A program made the translations under genes and the position numbers. The notes under the pieces were generated by a model. That model did not search any database, was not told the origin of the DNA, and saw only the letters and a program-made list of their open reading frames with translations. DNA of 64,000 bases from Deltaproteobacteria bacterium (lineage in GTDB: Bacteria; Myxococcota_A; Polyangia; Polyangiales; Houyiibacteriaceae), in the NCBI GenBank assembly GCA_034670305.1, contig JAXMNT010000003.1, positions 32,001-96,000 on the forward strand, written 5' to 3'. Shown one piece after another: positions 30,918 to 40,252 of this stretch; the first letter of the stretch is position 1, and each line of letters opens with the position of its first letter.

Positions 30918-31657
30918 CAGAACGAGCCTCGCACACGCACGCCGGTCGGACCCACCGCAACCTCAGTGCTCGACCCCGTCTTCATCCACCACACCATGCC
31001 AACCGCCGCCAGCGCCACACCGACTCCGGCAAGTGCGATGCCGATGCCGCGCCGACGTACGGCGGCGTCGTGGTCGCCTTCCACATCGGACCAGGGGGTG
31101 CCTTGCGGCGCATCCGTGACCGTGTTGGCCGAGGACGCCGCGAGTCCGAGCGAGACCGCGCCGCCAATCGCCAACGCAGCACCGCCCGCGACCAGCGCGA
31201 TGGGTCCCGCGCGCGAGGGGGCTTCGACGGGATCGGGCGCCTGCTCCGTTGGGATGTCTTGGGGAGTTTCCACGACGTCCGTCTGCCCATCGGGTGCGGG
31301 ATCCGGTTCGCGGCGGAGCACCGCGAGCCGCGCTTCGACCGTCTCGCGCCGATCCCCCTCCGGGTTCAGTTCGAGGTATTGCTCGAACGCCTCGATGGCG
31401 CGGTCGCGTGTGCCCATCAACTGGGCGGTGTGGCCGATGTTGTAGAGAAGCCCAGGTCGCCGGCTCAACTCGTAGGCCCGCTCGAAGTGCCCCATGGCCT
31501 CCTCGTATCGGCCGCCGTCAAACGCGGCGCGGCCGGCCAGAAAGAGGCCGCGGGCTTCGTCGTCGTGGCTGTCCGGAGTTGGCGGCTGCGCTTGAAGCGA
31601 ACCGGCCATCAAGACAATGGAGAGGAGTGATATGAACTTCGGCACAATCTGTCCCAT
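30917..31657 (-). CDS. secreted TPR protein with C-terminal hydrophobic segments
   Basis: ARGLFLAGRAAF...AYELSRRPGLLYNIG...FEQYLELNP TPR pair; ends VGPTGVRVRGSF. Start uncertain. Confidence 0.8.
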   Translation of the reverse strand: MGQIVPKFISLLSIVLMAGSLQAQPPTPDSHDDEARGLFLAGRAAFDGGRYEEAMGHFERAYELSRRPGLLYNIGHTAQLMGTRDRAIEAFEQYLELNPEGDRRETVEARLAVLRREPDPAPDGQTDVVETPQDIPTEQAPDPVEAPSRAGPIALVAGGAALAIGGAVSLGLAASSANTVTDAPQGTPWSDVEGDHDAAVRRRGIGIALAGVGVALAAVGMVWWMKTGSSTEVAVGPTGVRVRGSF

Positions 31658-31738
31658 ACTTGCACACAGGTGCACAGACAATGCCAAACTGGCACTCCTC
31701 GCAGCCTGCACGGCAAGTCGCAGTGCGACCTCAGACGG

Positions 31739-33748
31739 TCAGCGGGTGTTGACGAGCGCGCAGCTGCCAGCGGGACAGAAGTCCACGACCTGTCCGTCGG
31801 GCCGACAGAAGGCGTCCAGCTGGTCGAGCATCGGATCGAGGTAGCGCAAATCGTTGTGGGCGTCGTTGTCCTCGTCCGCGATCGCGGTGCCGTACGGAAT
31901 CGGGTCAACGGTGTCGAGGGCGTAGATGATGTAACCGCTGTCGGCTGGACCGGCCGTCGACTGGAGGATGCCCTCGGCCACGCCCCACGGCTCGTACACG
32001 CTCGAGGAGAAGACCGGCAGGTTCATGGTCCGCGCCGCCATGTCGGATGCGGCGTTCGAGACCTGCGCATCGAAGAGCGCGGTCTGGTAGAGGATGCGGC
32101 GCTCTGAGATGTCCACGCCCGGAAGCGGGTCTTCGAGGATGTGCGGCACGTACGTCGACGGCTCCGCGAGGTCCCACATCGTCTGGGTCGAGATGATGAA
32201 CCAATCGCGGTCGAGCTTCTCCGTGTACCAGAGCGCGAAGATGAGCTCGAAGGGTTCGAAGTCGATCGAGCGGCGGACGAGCGTGGAGTATCCGACCGCA
32301 CCCACTTGCAGAACGTACCGGTCGATGGTGTCGCTGAGCGCTGCGAGCGTCGCGCCCATGATCCCGCCCTGGCTGATCCCGTAGTAGTACATCTCGTCGC
32401 TCTTCAGGAGCGGGCGGGACTCGTCGCCCACCGCGAGCTGCAGCTCGGCGATCTCGCTACACGGTCCGCCGGTGGCGAACGTCTTCTGCAGAATGAGCGA
32501 GTTGAGCGTGCCTTGCATCAGCCGCTCGCCGAGCTGCCGGAAGTTGTCGAACTGGGTGACCACGTGGGTGATGAACTGAGCTTCGTCGCCTTCGGCGAGA
32601 CCCCAGTAGTCGGTGCCGAAGCCGACCATCTCGGAGCGCTGCAGGGCAACGCGGGTGCCCCCGCTCGAGACCTGGCCTGCGCTTCCGAGCAGACCGTGTC
32701 CGTACATCAATCCGCGGCCTGGGCCGTCTCCGTTCATCACCCGATCCCGCACGCTCGGCGGGATGACGAGTTCGAACGGCGCCTCGGTGGTCTCGAGGAA
32801 CGCGATCTCACCGGACGCGTCGCGGTTGGCGATCGAGCCTTCGTACTCGTGGGTCATGTACAGCGGCACGGTGTAGGTGCCGCGCACGCGTCGCCAGATC
32901 TCGCCGTTCACGTCTTCTTCAACCGAGGTCACGGTGCAGGTGCCGACGCCGTCGGTGCGATCGTTGAAGCGCTGAAAGCCATCGTCGCGGATCTGGAGCA
33001 TCTCGCCGTAGAGCGAAGGGCCGCTCGCGGTGTGGAACTCCCACGCGATGACCAGGTCCTCCCGCGCGACGCCCGCGCCGGCGAGCGTGGTGAACATCGT
33101 CTCCATTTCGGGGCGGCGCGCTTCGACCTCGGCCACCTCGGTGGCGATGTCGTCGCGGAGCGCGCGGAAGTAATCGCTCGGCTCTACGGGCGAGCCGTCG
33201 ATGAGCGCGATGTTTCGGATCGCAGCAATGTAGCGGTGGTTCTCGAGCAACCGCTGCGCCGGCCGCATGTAGAAGCTGGTCTCGTCGGCGGGCGAGCGGG
33301 GCCACTTGTCGATCTCCGCGATGTGGGCGACCCACTCGCCGGTGTCGGCGTCGATGATCACGGTCGGCGACGTGGGCAGGAGGCTGTCGCCGATGTTCAG
33401 ATCGTCGGCGAGGTTCGAATCGTCCACTTTGCCGTCGAACGCCATGATGAGACTGCCCATCGGGCTGAACCCGTCGAAGCGGTTCCAAGTGCCCATGTCC
33501 GCGGCCGGCGAGTCGAACTGGTTGTGCGGGATCGCTTCGACCGGCAGGTCGACCCGGAACCCGGTGTCGGTGGTCGCGTCCTCCCGCAGGTACCGCGTGG
33601 TCGGATACGGCATCAGACAATGACGCGGATGGAGGTTCTCGCATTCCGGCCGGGAGACGTCGATGACGAGTTCCTCCCCTGGCACCGGATCGTCGCCGCA
33701 TCCGAACAAACACACCCAAGCCACGCCCACACAAGTCAGCCGGTTCAT
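31739..33748 (-). CDS. lipoprotein alpha/beta hydrolase (lipase-like) with Ig-like N-terminus
   Basis: Lipobox LFGC; NRFDGFSP; YGHGLLG; GISQGG nucleophile; D(AQV) and H(NDLR) candidate triad residues. Confidence 0.75.
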   Translation of the reverse strand: MNRLTCVGVAWVCLFGCGDDPVPGEELVIDVSRPECENLHPRHCLMPYPTTRYLREDATTDTGFRVDLPVEAIPHNQFDSPAADMGTWNRFDGFSPMGSLIMAFDGKVDDSNLADDLNIGDSLLPTSPTVIIDADTGEWVAHIAEIDKWPRSPADETSFYMRPAQRLLENHRYIAAIRNIALIDGSPVEPSDYFRALRDDIATEVAEVEARRPEMETMFTTLAGAGVAREDLVIAWEFHTASGPSLYGEMLQIRDDGFQRFNDRTDGVGTCTVTSVEEDVNGEIWRRVRGTYTVPLYMTHEYEGSIANRDASGEIAFLETTEAPFELVIPPSVRDRVMNGDGPGRGLMYGHGLLGSAGQVSSGGTRVALQRSEMVGFGTDYWGLAEGDEAQFITHVVTQFDNFRQLGERLMQGTLNSLILQKTFATGGPCSEIAELQLAVGDESRPLLKSDEMYYYGISQGGIMGATLAALSDTIDRYVLQVGAVGYSTLVRRSIDFEPFELIFALWYTEKLDRDWFIISTQTMWDLAEPSTYVPHILEDPLPGVDISERRILYQTALFDAQVSNAASDMAARTMNLPVFSSSVYEPWGVAEGILQSTAGPADSGYIIYALDTVDPIPYGTAIADEDNDAHNDLRYLDPMLDQLDAFCRPDGQVVDFCPAGSCALVNTR

Positions 33749-33845
33749 GGCGGGCAGTATGCCGAGCCAGGCCGATTTCTGCCCTGACTTTCCGTTCGTG
33801 CTCTTCTGGCCGGGTGCGGTCGGAAGGTGCAGCGGACGCCTTCGA

Positions 33846-35480
33846 TCAGCGGTAGACGACGACGTAGGTGCTCAAATCCATCGACCCCCCGCGGGGTTCG
33901 CCGCCGTCGAAGCGGGCGCTGTATGCCACCGTGTTCTCCTCGCCGAGGACCACGTCGGCCGTGATGTCCATCACGGTCGGCGCGACCGGCAGCCCTGGAC
34001 ACCACGCGGCACGGCTCGGGGCCCAGTTGCCCCATTGGCCTGGGACGACCCCTTCGCCGGCCCGATCCGCGCACCCGCGCGCCTGTCCGGCCTGGCCTTC
34101 GTGGTCGATCGTGTGGACCGATCCACCGATCGAGAAGTCGTGGACGTGGTTGCACCACTCGGCGCAGTTGTCGCGTTCGGTCTGACCGTGTCCGCTGACG
34201 ATCGTCACCAGCTCGACGCGGGTGGCATCCGCTGGCGGGGTGAACACGAAGGGCGTCTGGCCGGCGTTGTACTCGGCGTTGAACTCGCCCCCGCGGAACG
34301 CGAGCAGCGCTTCGCTGGCCCTCGCGTCACCGGAGCTCTGGAGCCGCAGCGACACCGACACGACGCGGGGGGTCGCTTCTTCCCAGGCGGGTCCCATCGT
34401 CACGCGAAGCGTCTTCGTCCCGCCGTCGCCGAGGAGCGGCAGGAGCGGCGATGCTTCGAGCAACCAGCGCCGCCTGCCCGGGCGGCTGTACGGGGTGATC
34501 CACCGGACGAGCTCGTTGGCGGTCGTGCACTCCGCGTCGTCGCACACGTGTACGTACGCGATGCGGTCCCACTCCGAGCAGTCGCCGGGCGCGAGGTGAC
34601 AGGTGACTTGCACATCGACGCTGAGCCGATCGAAACCAGAGAGGTCGGCCGGCAGCGCCGCGTCGCGGATCAAGATGCGTTCGGTGACCGCTTCTTCCTC
34701 CATGACCGGGACCACGGTCGCGTCCTCTTCGTCTACCCGGCGCTGCACGCCGTCGAGGTGGTCGTAGTAAGGCGAGAAATAGGCCGCCATCTCCATGCGC
34801 GCGACGAACGCGCCCGCCGCCACCACCGAGAGCGACCCGCCCTCGTCGAAGCGCTGGAGCCGATCGATCGCGAAGGTGTGTTGGACCGTCGGGTTCGCGC
34901 GGACGAGATCCCCGATTGGACCTTCCACGTCGGGGAGCGGTGTCTCGATGAAGTGAACCCGCGGCCGCCAGGCGGCTTCCTCTTCGGGCGTCGTCCGGGC
35001 AAACGCCTCGTCGAAGAACCCCTGCATCTCTTCGGCGCGTGCTTTTGCGCGCACGGGATGGTCTTCGTAGTTGCCGAAGAAGTAGTGCACGTTCGGCCGC
35101 GAGTTCGTGAGCAGCCGATCCGGGAAACTCTCCCAGTACTGACGTGCATAGTCCGTCCCGGTGTGGTTGATGAAGACGTAGCTCTCGCAGCCGGTCCAGT
35201 GATCGGAGAGGGTCCACGCGCCCTGGTCGGTGGTGAGCACCGTGAAATCGCCGGCCACATCGCCGAATGCCGCGCCGGTCCCTGATTGCAGCGGGCGCCG
35301 TGGCAGCTCGAGCGCATCGCACACGTCGGGCTCGACCACGGGGGCGTCGATGCCAGCATCTTCAAGCGGAACGAACGCATCCATGCCCGCGTCGCCAGGG
35401 CCCGCGTCCGGCGACGCGTCGTCGTCGCCACAGGCCGCGGTGGAGGAGAGAACCAGGGCGAGCACCAGAACGTGTTTCAC
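33846..35480 (-). CDS. peptide-N-glycosidase F-like lipoprotein
   Basis: Lipobox TAAC; CSEWDR, ELVRWITPY, GHG...CAEWC, GNWAPSRAAWCPG match PNGase F signatures. Confidence 0.8.
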   Translation of the reverse strand: MKHVLVLALVLSSTAACGDDDASPDAGPGDAGMDAFVPLEDAGIDAPVVEPDVCDALELPRRPLQSGTGAAFGDVAGDFTVLTTDQGAWTLSDHWTGCESYVFINHTGTDYARQYWESFPDRLLTNSRPNVHYFFGNYEDHPVRAKARAEEMQGFFDEAFARTTPEEEAAWRPRVHFIETPLPDVEGPIGDLVRANPTVQHTFAIDRLQRFDEGGSLSVVAAGAFVARMEMAAYFSPYYDHLDGVQRRVDEEDATVVPVMEEEAVTERILIRDAALPADLSGFDRLSVDVQVTCHLAPGDCSEWDRIAYVHVCDDAECTTANELVRWITPYSRPGRRRWLLEASPLLPLLGDGGTKTLRVTMGPAWEEATPRVVSVSLRLQSSGDARASEALLAFRGGEFNAEYNAGQTPFVFTPPADATRVELVTIVSGHGQTERDNCAEWCNHVHDFSIGGSVHTIDHEGQAGQARGCADRAGEGVVPGQWGNWAPSRAAWCPGLPVAPTVMDITADVVLGEENTVAYSARFDGGEPRGGSMDLSTYVVVYR

Positions 35481-35578
35481 CCTCGGAACGCTACGTCATC
35501 CGCTGTGTCGTCGCCACCTGCACTCGGTGTGTTCCGACGCCGACTCACCGTCCATCGCTGGGGAACTCGAGATGGCGC

Positions 35579-36367
<789 letters not shown>

Positions 36368-36377
36368 CGACTTCTCC

Positions 36378-37019
36378 TCAGAGCCAGTAGGTGAAGCCGG
36401 CGTTCGCCAGCAGGTTTGCGTTGCCGAAGATGTCGACCCCGAGTGCGCCGTCTTCGCCGAAACCGAAGACGTTGTCGTCGTCGCTGTAGATCGCGATGGC
36501 GAACCCGATCTGGGTATGGAGCGAGAGGTTCTCGGTCACGAAGTACTGCGGCCTCAGTCCGACTTCGATGGTGAACACCCGGGAGCGCACCGTGTCGCCG
36601 AAGTCGGGATTGAACCGGCCGCCGGCCAGCCCGAACCCGATGACGCCGTCCAAGCGCACGTCTTCGCTGATCTCGACTCGAATCAGTCCCCGCACCGCCG
36701 CGGTCCACGCGGTCGTCCGGGCGTTCGACGCGTCGTCGTTGCGCATGAGGACGCCGCCCATGACTTGCAGACCGAAGCCGGAGCTGACGTCCATGGTCAA
36801 GGCCAGGCCGGGAAGCCGGAAACCGAAATCGGGCGTCGTCGCGTCCACGTTCTGTGCTGCGGCCCAGCCGAGGGCGGTGTCCACACCGACACCGAAGCGC
36901 CCACCCATGTCCTTCGCGTGCGCGGTGTTGGGGGCGAGCGAGGTGGCCACGGTGAATGCAAAGAGCCCGAAGACGAATGCGACTCGTCGGCGGAAACGTT
37001 GGGAGTGGTTCGGATCCAT
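36378..37019 (-). CDS. probable outer-membrane beta-barrel protein
   Basis: Signal peptide (AHA), GRFGVGVD first strand, terminal AGFTYWL beta-signal-like end. Confidence 0.72.
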   Translation of the reverse strand: MDPNHSQRFRRRVAFVFGLFAFTVATSLAPNTAHAKDMGGRFGVGVDTALGWAAAQNVDATTPDFGFRLPGLALTMDVSSGFGLQVMGGVLMRNDDASNARTTAWTAAVRGLIRVEISEDVRLDGVIGFGLAGGRFNPDFGDTVRSRVFTIEVGLRPQYFVTENLSLHTQIGFAIAIYSDDDNVFGFGEDGALGVDIFGNANLLANAGFTYWL

Positions 37020-37122
37020 GGAGCCACGGTAGAGAGGGCCGTCCCCCCGGATCCAGTTTTCGACACGTTCTCGGAAAGCAGCAGGCCAGCGGGTCCCAAA
37101 CCTCCCCGTCAGACGCCGCCGA

Positions 37123-38193
37123 TCAATAGGTCCGCATCATGCTGGGCATGAAGAGGAGTACGAACAGAACCAGGCATGCGTAGCCCATCACTTTGCGGCC
37201 GGTCGAGAGGCGGTGGTCGTCGACGGGGGGATGGAGCGCCGCATCGGCCGGGTCGCCCAATGCTTTGGCCATCTCACGGGTCTCTGGATCCTCGAGCGCA
37301 CGCCGGAGCTGGGTACGGCCCATCCGGGTCATGAAGTACAGCAGCAGCGCCCACACGAGCCAGTGACTCCCCGCGAAGGAGTGCATCCACGAGATGTGCC
37401 CGAGCTGGCTGTACATCTGCCAGCCGTAGAAGACGCTCACCACCAGCGCGAGGAACGGCAGCGTTGCGAGCACGAGCCGCGAGATGCGGTGCTGGCGCCG
37501 GTCGAAGAGGGCATACGCGATGTGGCCTCCGTCGAGCTGCCCGAAAGGCACGAGGTTGATCATCGTGACCAGGAGCCCAACCCAGCCGGCCAGTGCCGTC
37601 GAGGTCAGGACGATGTCGTGCCCGGCGGGAATGTCGCCCTTCAGTAGGTAGAGCAGCGCTTCGTAGAGGATCGAGTGCCCCTCGAGCAGCGTGTTGCCGG
37701 TGGGCGGGTCGAGCGGCGCGACCGGGCTGGTGTGCATGCCGTAGAGGAGGACCGGAATGCACACCACCATGCCGGCGATCGGCCCGGCGGCGCCGATGTC
37801 CATCAGCGCGTTGCGCGATCGGACGCGTTCGCGGAGCTGGATCACCGCCCCGAAGGTGCCGAGGGAAAACGGCACCGGAATGAAGTAGGGCGGAGAGATG
37901 TCGACGCCGTGCAGCCGCCCCACGATGTAGTGCCCGAGTTCGTGCGAGAGCAGGATCGCGAGCAGCGGCACCGAGAAGACCCAGCCGGCCAGCAGGTTCT
38001 GCAGCGGCTCGCTGTGCCCCTCCAGCCCCGCCCCCACGTAGAGCGTCGAGAACGCGGTCGCGGCAAACAGAAGCCCGGCGGTGCGCCAATCCTTCCACCC
38101 CGATGTGCTTGGCGGATCCGAAGTGCCAGCGTCCCGCTCGGCCAGCGGCGGCGCTTCAGGCGGCGCATTCGACATCGCCTGTGCGTCGCTCAT
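37123..38193 (-). CDS. site-2 protease (M50 family)
   Basis: HELGH, GAAGP, NLVPFGQLDGGH; multiple TM helices. Confidence 0.92.
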   Translation of the reverse strand: MSDAQAMSNAPPEAPPLAERDAGTSDPPSTSGWKDWRTAGLLFAATAFSTLYVGAGLEGHSEPLQNLLAGWVFSVPLLAILLSHELGHYIVGRLHGVDISPPYFIPVPFSLGTFGAVIQLRERVRSRNALMDIGAAGPIAGMVVCIPVLLYGMHTSPVAPLDPPTGNTLLEGHSILYEALLYLLKGDIPAGHDIVLTSTALAGWVGLLVTMINLVPFGQLDGGHIAYALFDRRQHRISRLVLATLPFLALVVSVFYGWQMYSQLGHISWMHSFAGSHWLVWALLLYFMTRMGRTQLRRALEDPETREMAKALGDPADAALHPPVDDHRLSTGRKVMGYACLVLFVLLFMPSMMRTY

Positions 38194-38750
38194 GAGAGCG
38201 CGCGCCGGAGCGCTTCGAGCTGGACCGAGAGCCGCCCATCGAGCGCGCCGAGTTCGGTCTGGACCACGCAGTCTCCGCGGCCGAGCGTCTCGTCCTCTTC
38301 GAGCTGCGCGCCTTCGAGGCCCGCCATCGCCGAGACCGCTGCGACATCGTCTGGGTGCACCCGGATCCGCAAACGCGTCGCACGCTTGGCGGTGTCGAGT
38401 ACGGCGCGCACGATGGTCTGAACCGACTCGGGGCGCAGATCGATTTGCGCTCGGAGGATCTGTTCGGCCGCCGCCACCGCGAGCGCGGCGACCTGCGACT
38501 CGGAGACCTCGAGCGCGCGCACGTGGCGCTGCGACGCCTGCTGCAAGAGCGCCGTCGTTTCCACAGCGGCTCGCTCCGCGCCTTCACGGTACGCCGTCTC
38601 GCGGATGCCACCGGCGTCTTGCTCCGCCTTCGCGCGGGTCTGCTCGGCTTCGACCAACGCGCTGGCGACGATCTGGTCCGCCTGGGCTCGGGCGTCGAGC
38701 ACGACCGCCGGCAACACGCGGTCTCGCGGGGCGCGAAGAATGCGACTCAT
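38190..38750 (-). CDS. FliH/SctL (YscL/HrpE) family ATPase stator protein
   Basis: A/E-rich helix with AYREG, LAVAAAEQIL, IRVHPDD, EDETLGRGDCVVQTELGALDGRLSVQL; ATGA overlaps at both ends. Confidence 0.82.
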   Translation of the reverse strand: MSRILRAPRDRVLPAVVLDARAQADQIVASALVEAEQTRAKAEQDAGGIRETAYREGAERAAVETTALLQQASQRHVRALEVSESQVAALAVAAAEQILRAQIDLRPESVQTIVRAVLDTAKRATRLRIRVHPDDVAAVSAMAGLEGAQLEEDETLGRGDCVVQTELGALDGRLSVQLEALRRALS

Positions 38751-39163
38751 GGATCGACCATGGCAGAAAAGACGAGGTCGAGTTCGCGGATTTCGTCGTC
38801 GGCGTTTCTGGACGATCCGTCGATCCAACGAGTCAGCTCGTCTACCAGCCCCGGCGCTGCACGGAAACCGCGCCGCACCGCAGGAAGGTGCGGGGTGGGA
38901 ACGCCGAGCAACGCCTGGATTCGCGGCGCCGCGGTCGACACCTTCGCGCTGGGCACCGGACGCAAGAGCGCGGCAGCCGCGCGCGCCCGCTCCCGCCGCG
39001 TCTCCGTCGACCAGGGTTCACACGGCACGACCAGCCCGGTCGGAAGCGCCACGCCATCCCGCTCGTGGGCCATGGACGCGAGCAAGAAGCCAGCGACCAT
39101 CTCGTCCGGCCAGGGAAACGCACCCGTGGGGCGTTCGGGATCCTCCGCGTCGACTTCATTCAT
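38747..39163 (-). CDS. hypothetical protein (138 aa) coupled to the FliH/SctL gene
   Basis: Fills the gap, stop overlaps the sctL start; GGAG upstream; no recognised motif. Confidence 0.6.
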   Translation of the reverse strand: MNEVDAEDPERPTGAFPWPDEMVAGFLLASMAHERDGVALPTGLVVPCEPWSTETRRERARAAAALLRPVPSAKVSTAAPRIQALLGVPTPHLPAVRRGFRAAPGLVDELTRWIDGSSRNADDEIRELDLVFSAMVDP

Positions 39164-39217
39164 CCGTAAGGCTCCACGCCAGCACCCGAACCGCGTCCTG
39201 TTCTCCTGGCGCCGAAG

Positions 39218-40150
39218 TCATGCCCGCGCGCGGCGACGACGTGCCAGCAGCATCAGCGCCACGGTCCCGAAGCCGAACGCCATGCCGCCGTCGTTCGAGC
39301 CGGGAGACATCGCGCAGAGCGCAGCGAAGAAGTTGCCCTGCACCGGCTCGAAACAGACCGGGCCCTGTCCGGTGTTGACGTTGCCCACCCCATCGACCGC
39401 GTGCACGACGAAACACGCCGGCGCGACCGACTCCTCCGGGGTGAGCACAAACGCCATGGTGACGGTGCCAGCCTCGGCGTCCGAGAAGAAGTTCCGAACC
39501 CGCGACCGCAGCTCCGGCTCCTCGAGTCCCGTGGCGCGCGTCAGGTAGAGCAAGTACTCGATCGAGCCTGGAGAGCCATCGTCGGTGGCGGGCGGAAAGC
39601 TCACGTCGACCCGGTAACCGCCCTCGGGTGCGCTGCAGCCCACCGGAACGGAAGCGGTCGAGGGTGCTTCGATCCGTTCAAGCGTCGGGGGCTCGACATC
39701 GGCGGCGGTTCCGGTGCGAAAGTCGAAGTCAAGGACCCGGTCGATCCCCACCGCCGTGCCGGCGTACCGGTCGCTCGTGGCGAGTGGGGCCGAGGGCAGA
39801 AAGAAGAGGGAGTCGCCGACTGCCTGTACGGTCCCCTCCACCGGCGTCCCGGTCGTGACGCAAGAGGTGACCGGCGTGCTTCCACAGCGACGCAGATCGA
39901 AGGTGGTCTCGGGATCGATGAAGTCGAAGTAGTCCGGTGAGAACCGCACCTCCACCCAGGCGTTGGTCGGCACGTTGCGGGCGCCGCTGGCGGGCACCAC
40001 TTCGCGCGGCCCCCGATCGATCGGCACCTCGCAGTCGAGCGGACCGGCGTCGTCCTGCGCCAAGGCCTGTCCAGACATCGCGTTCACAGCCCCGAGTGCG
40101 ACCGCAGCCACGAGGAGCACGCAGGGCAAGCCACGAACAACGGATCTCAT
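39218..40150 (-). CDS. secreted Ig-like/FN3-like protein with MYXO-CTERM-like tail
   Basis: Signal peptide MRSVVRG...ALA; PASGARNVPTN (Big_5-like); C-terminal LCAMSPG...hydrophobic...RRRR. Confidence 0.75.
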   Translation of the reverse strand: MRSVVRGLPCVLLVAAVALGAVNAMSGQALAQDDAGPLDCEVPIDRGPREVVPASGARNVPTNAWVEVRFSPDYFDFIDPETTFDLRRCGSTPVTSCVTTGTPVEGTVQAVGDSLFFLPSAPLATSDRYAGTAVGIDRVLDFDFRTGTAADVEPPTLERIEAPSTASVPVGCSAPEGGYRVDVSFPPATDDGSPGSIEYLLYLTRATGLEEPELRSRVRNFFSDAEAGTVTMAFVLTPEESVAPACFVVHAVDGVGNVNTGQGPVCFEPVQGNFFAALCAMSPGSNDGGMAFGFGTVALMLLARRRRARA

Positions 40151-40252
40151 CGAGGGTACCCTAGCAACAACTGACGACCGGTGCAGGGGACAGATGCATG
40201 CTCCGAAAGATGCTCGAACCGAGCGCGCCTGAACCTGTATCGTCCGACATTC

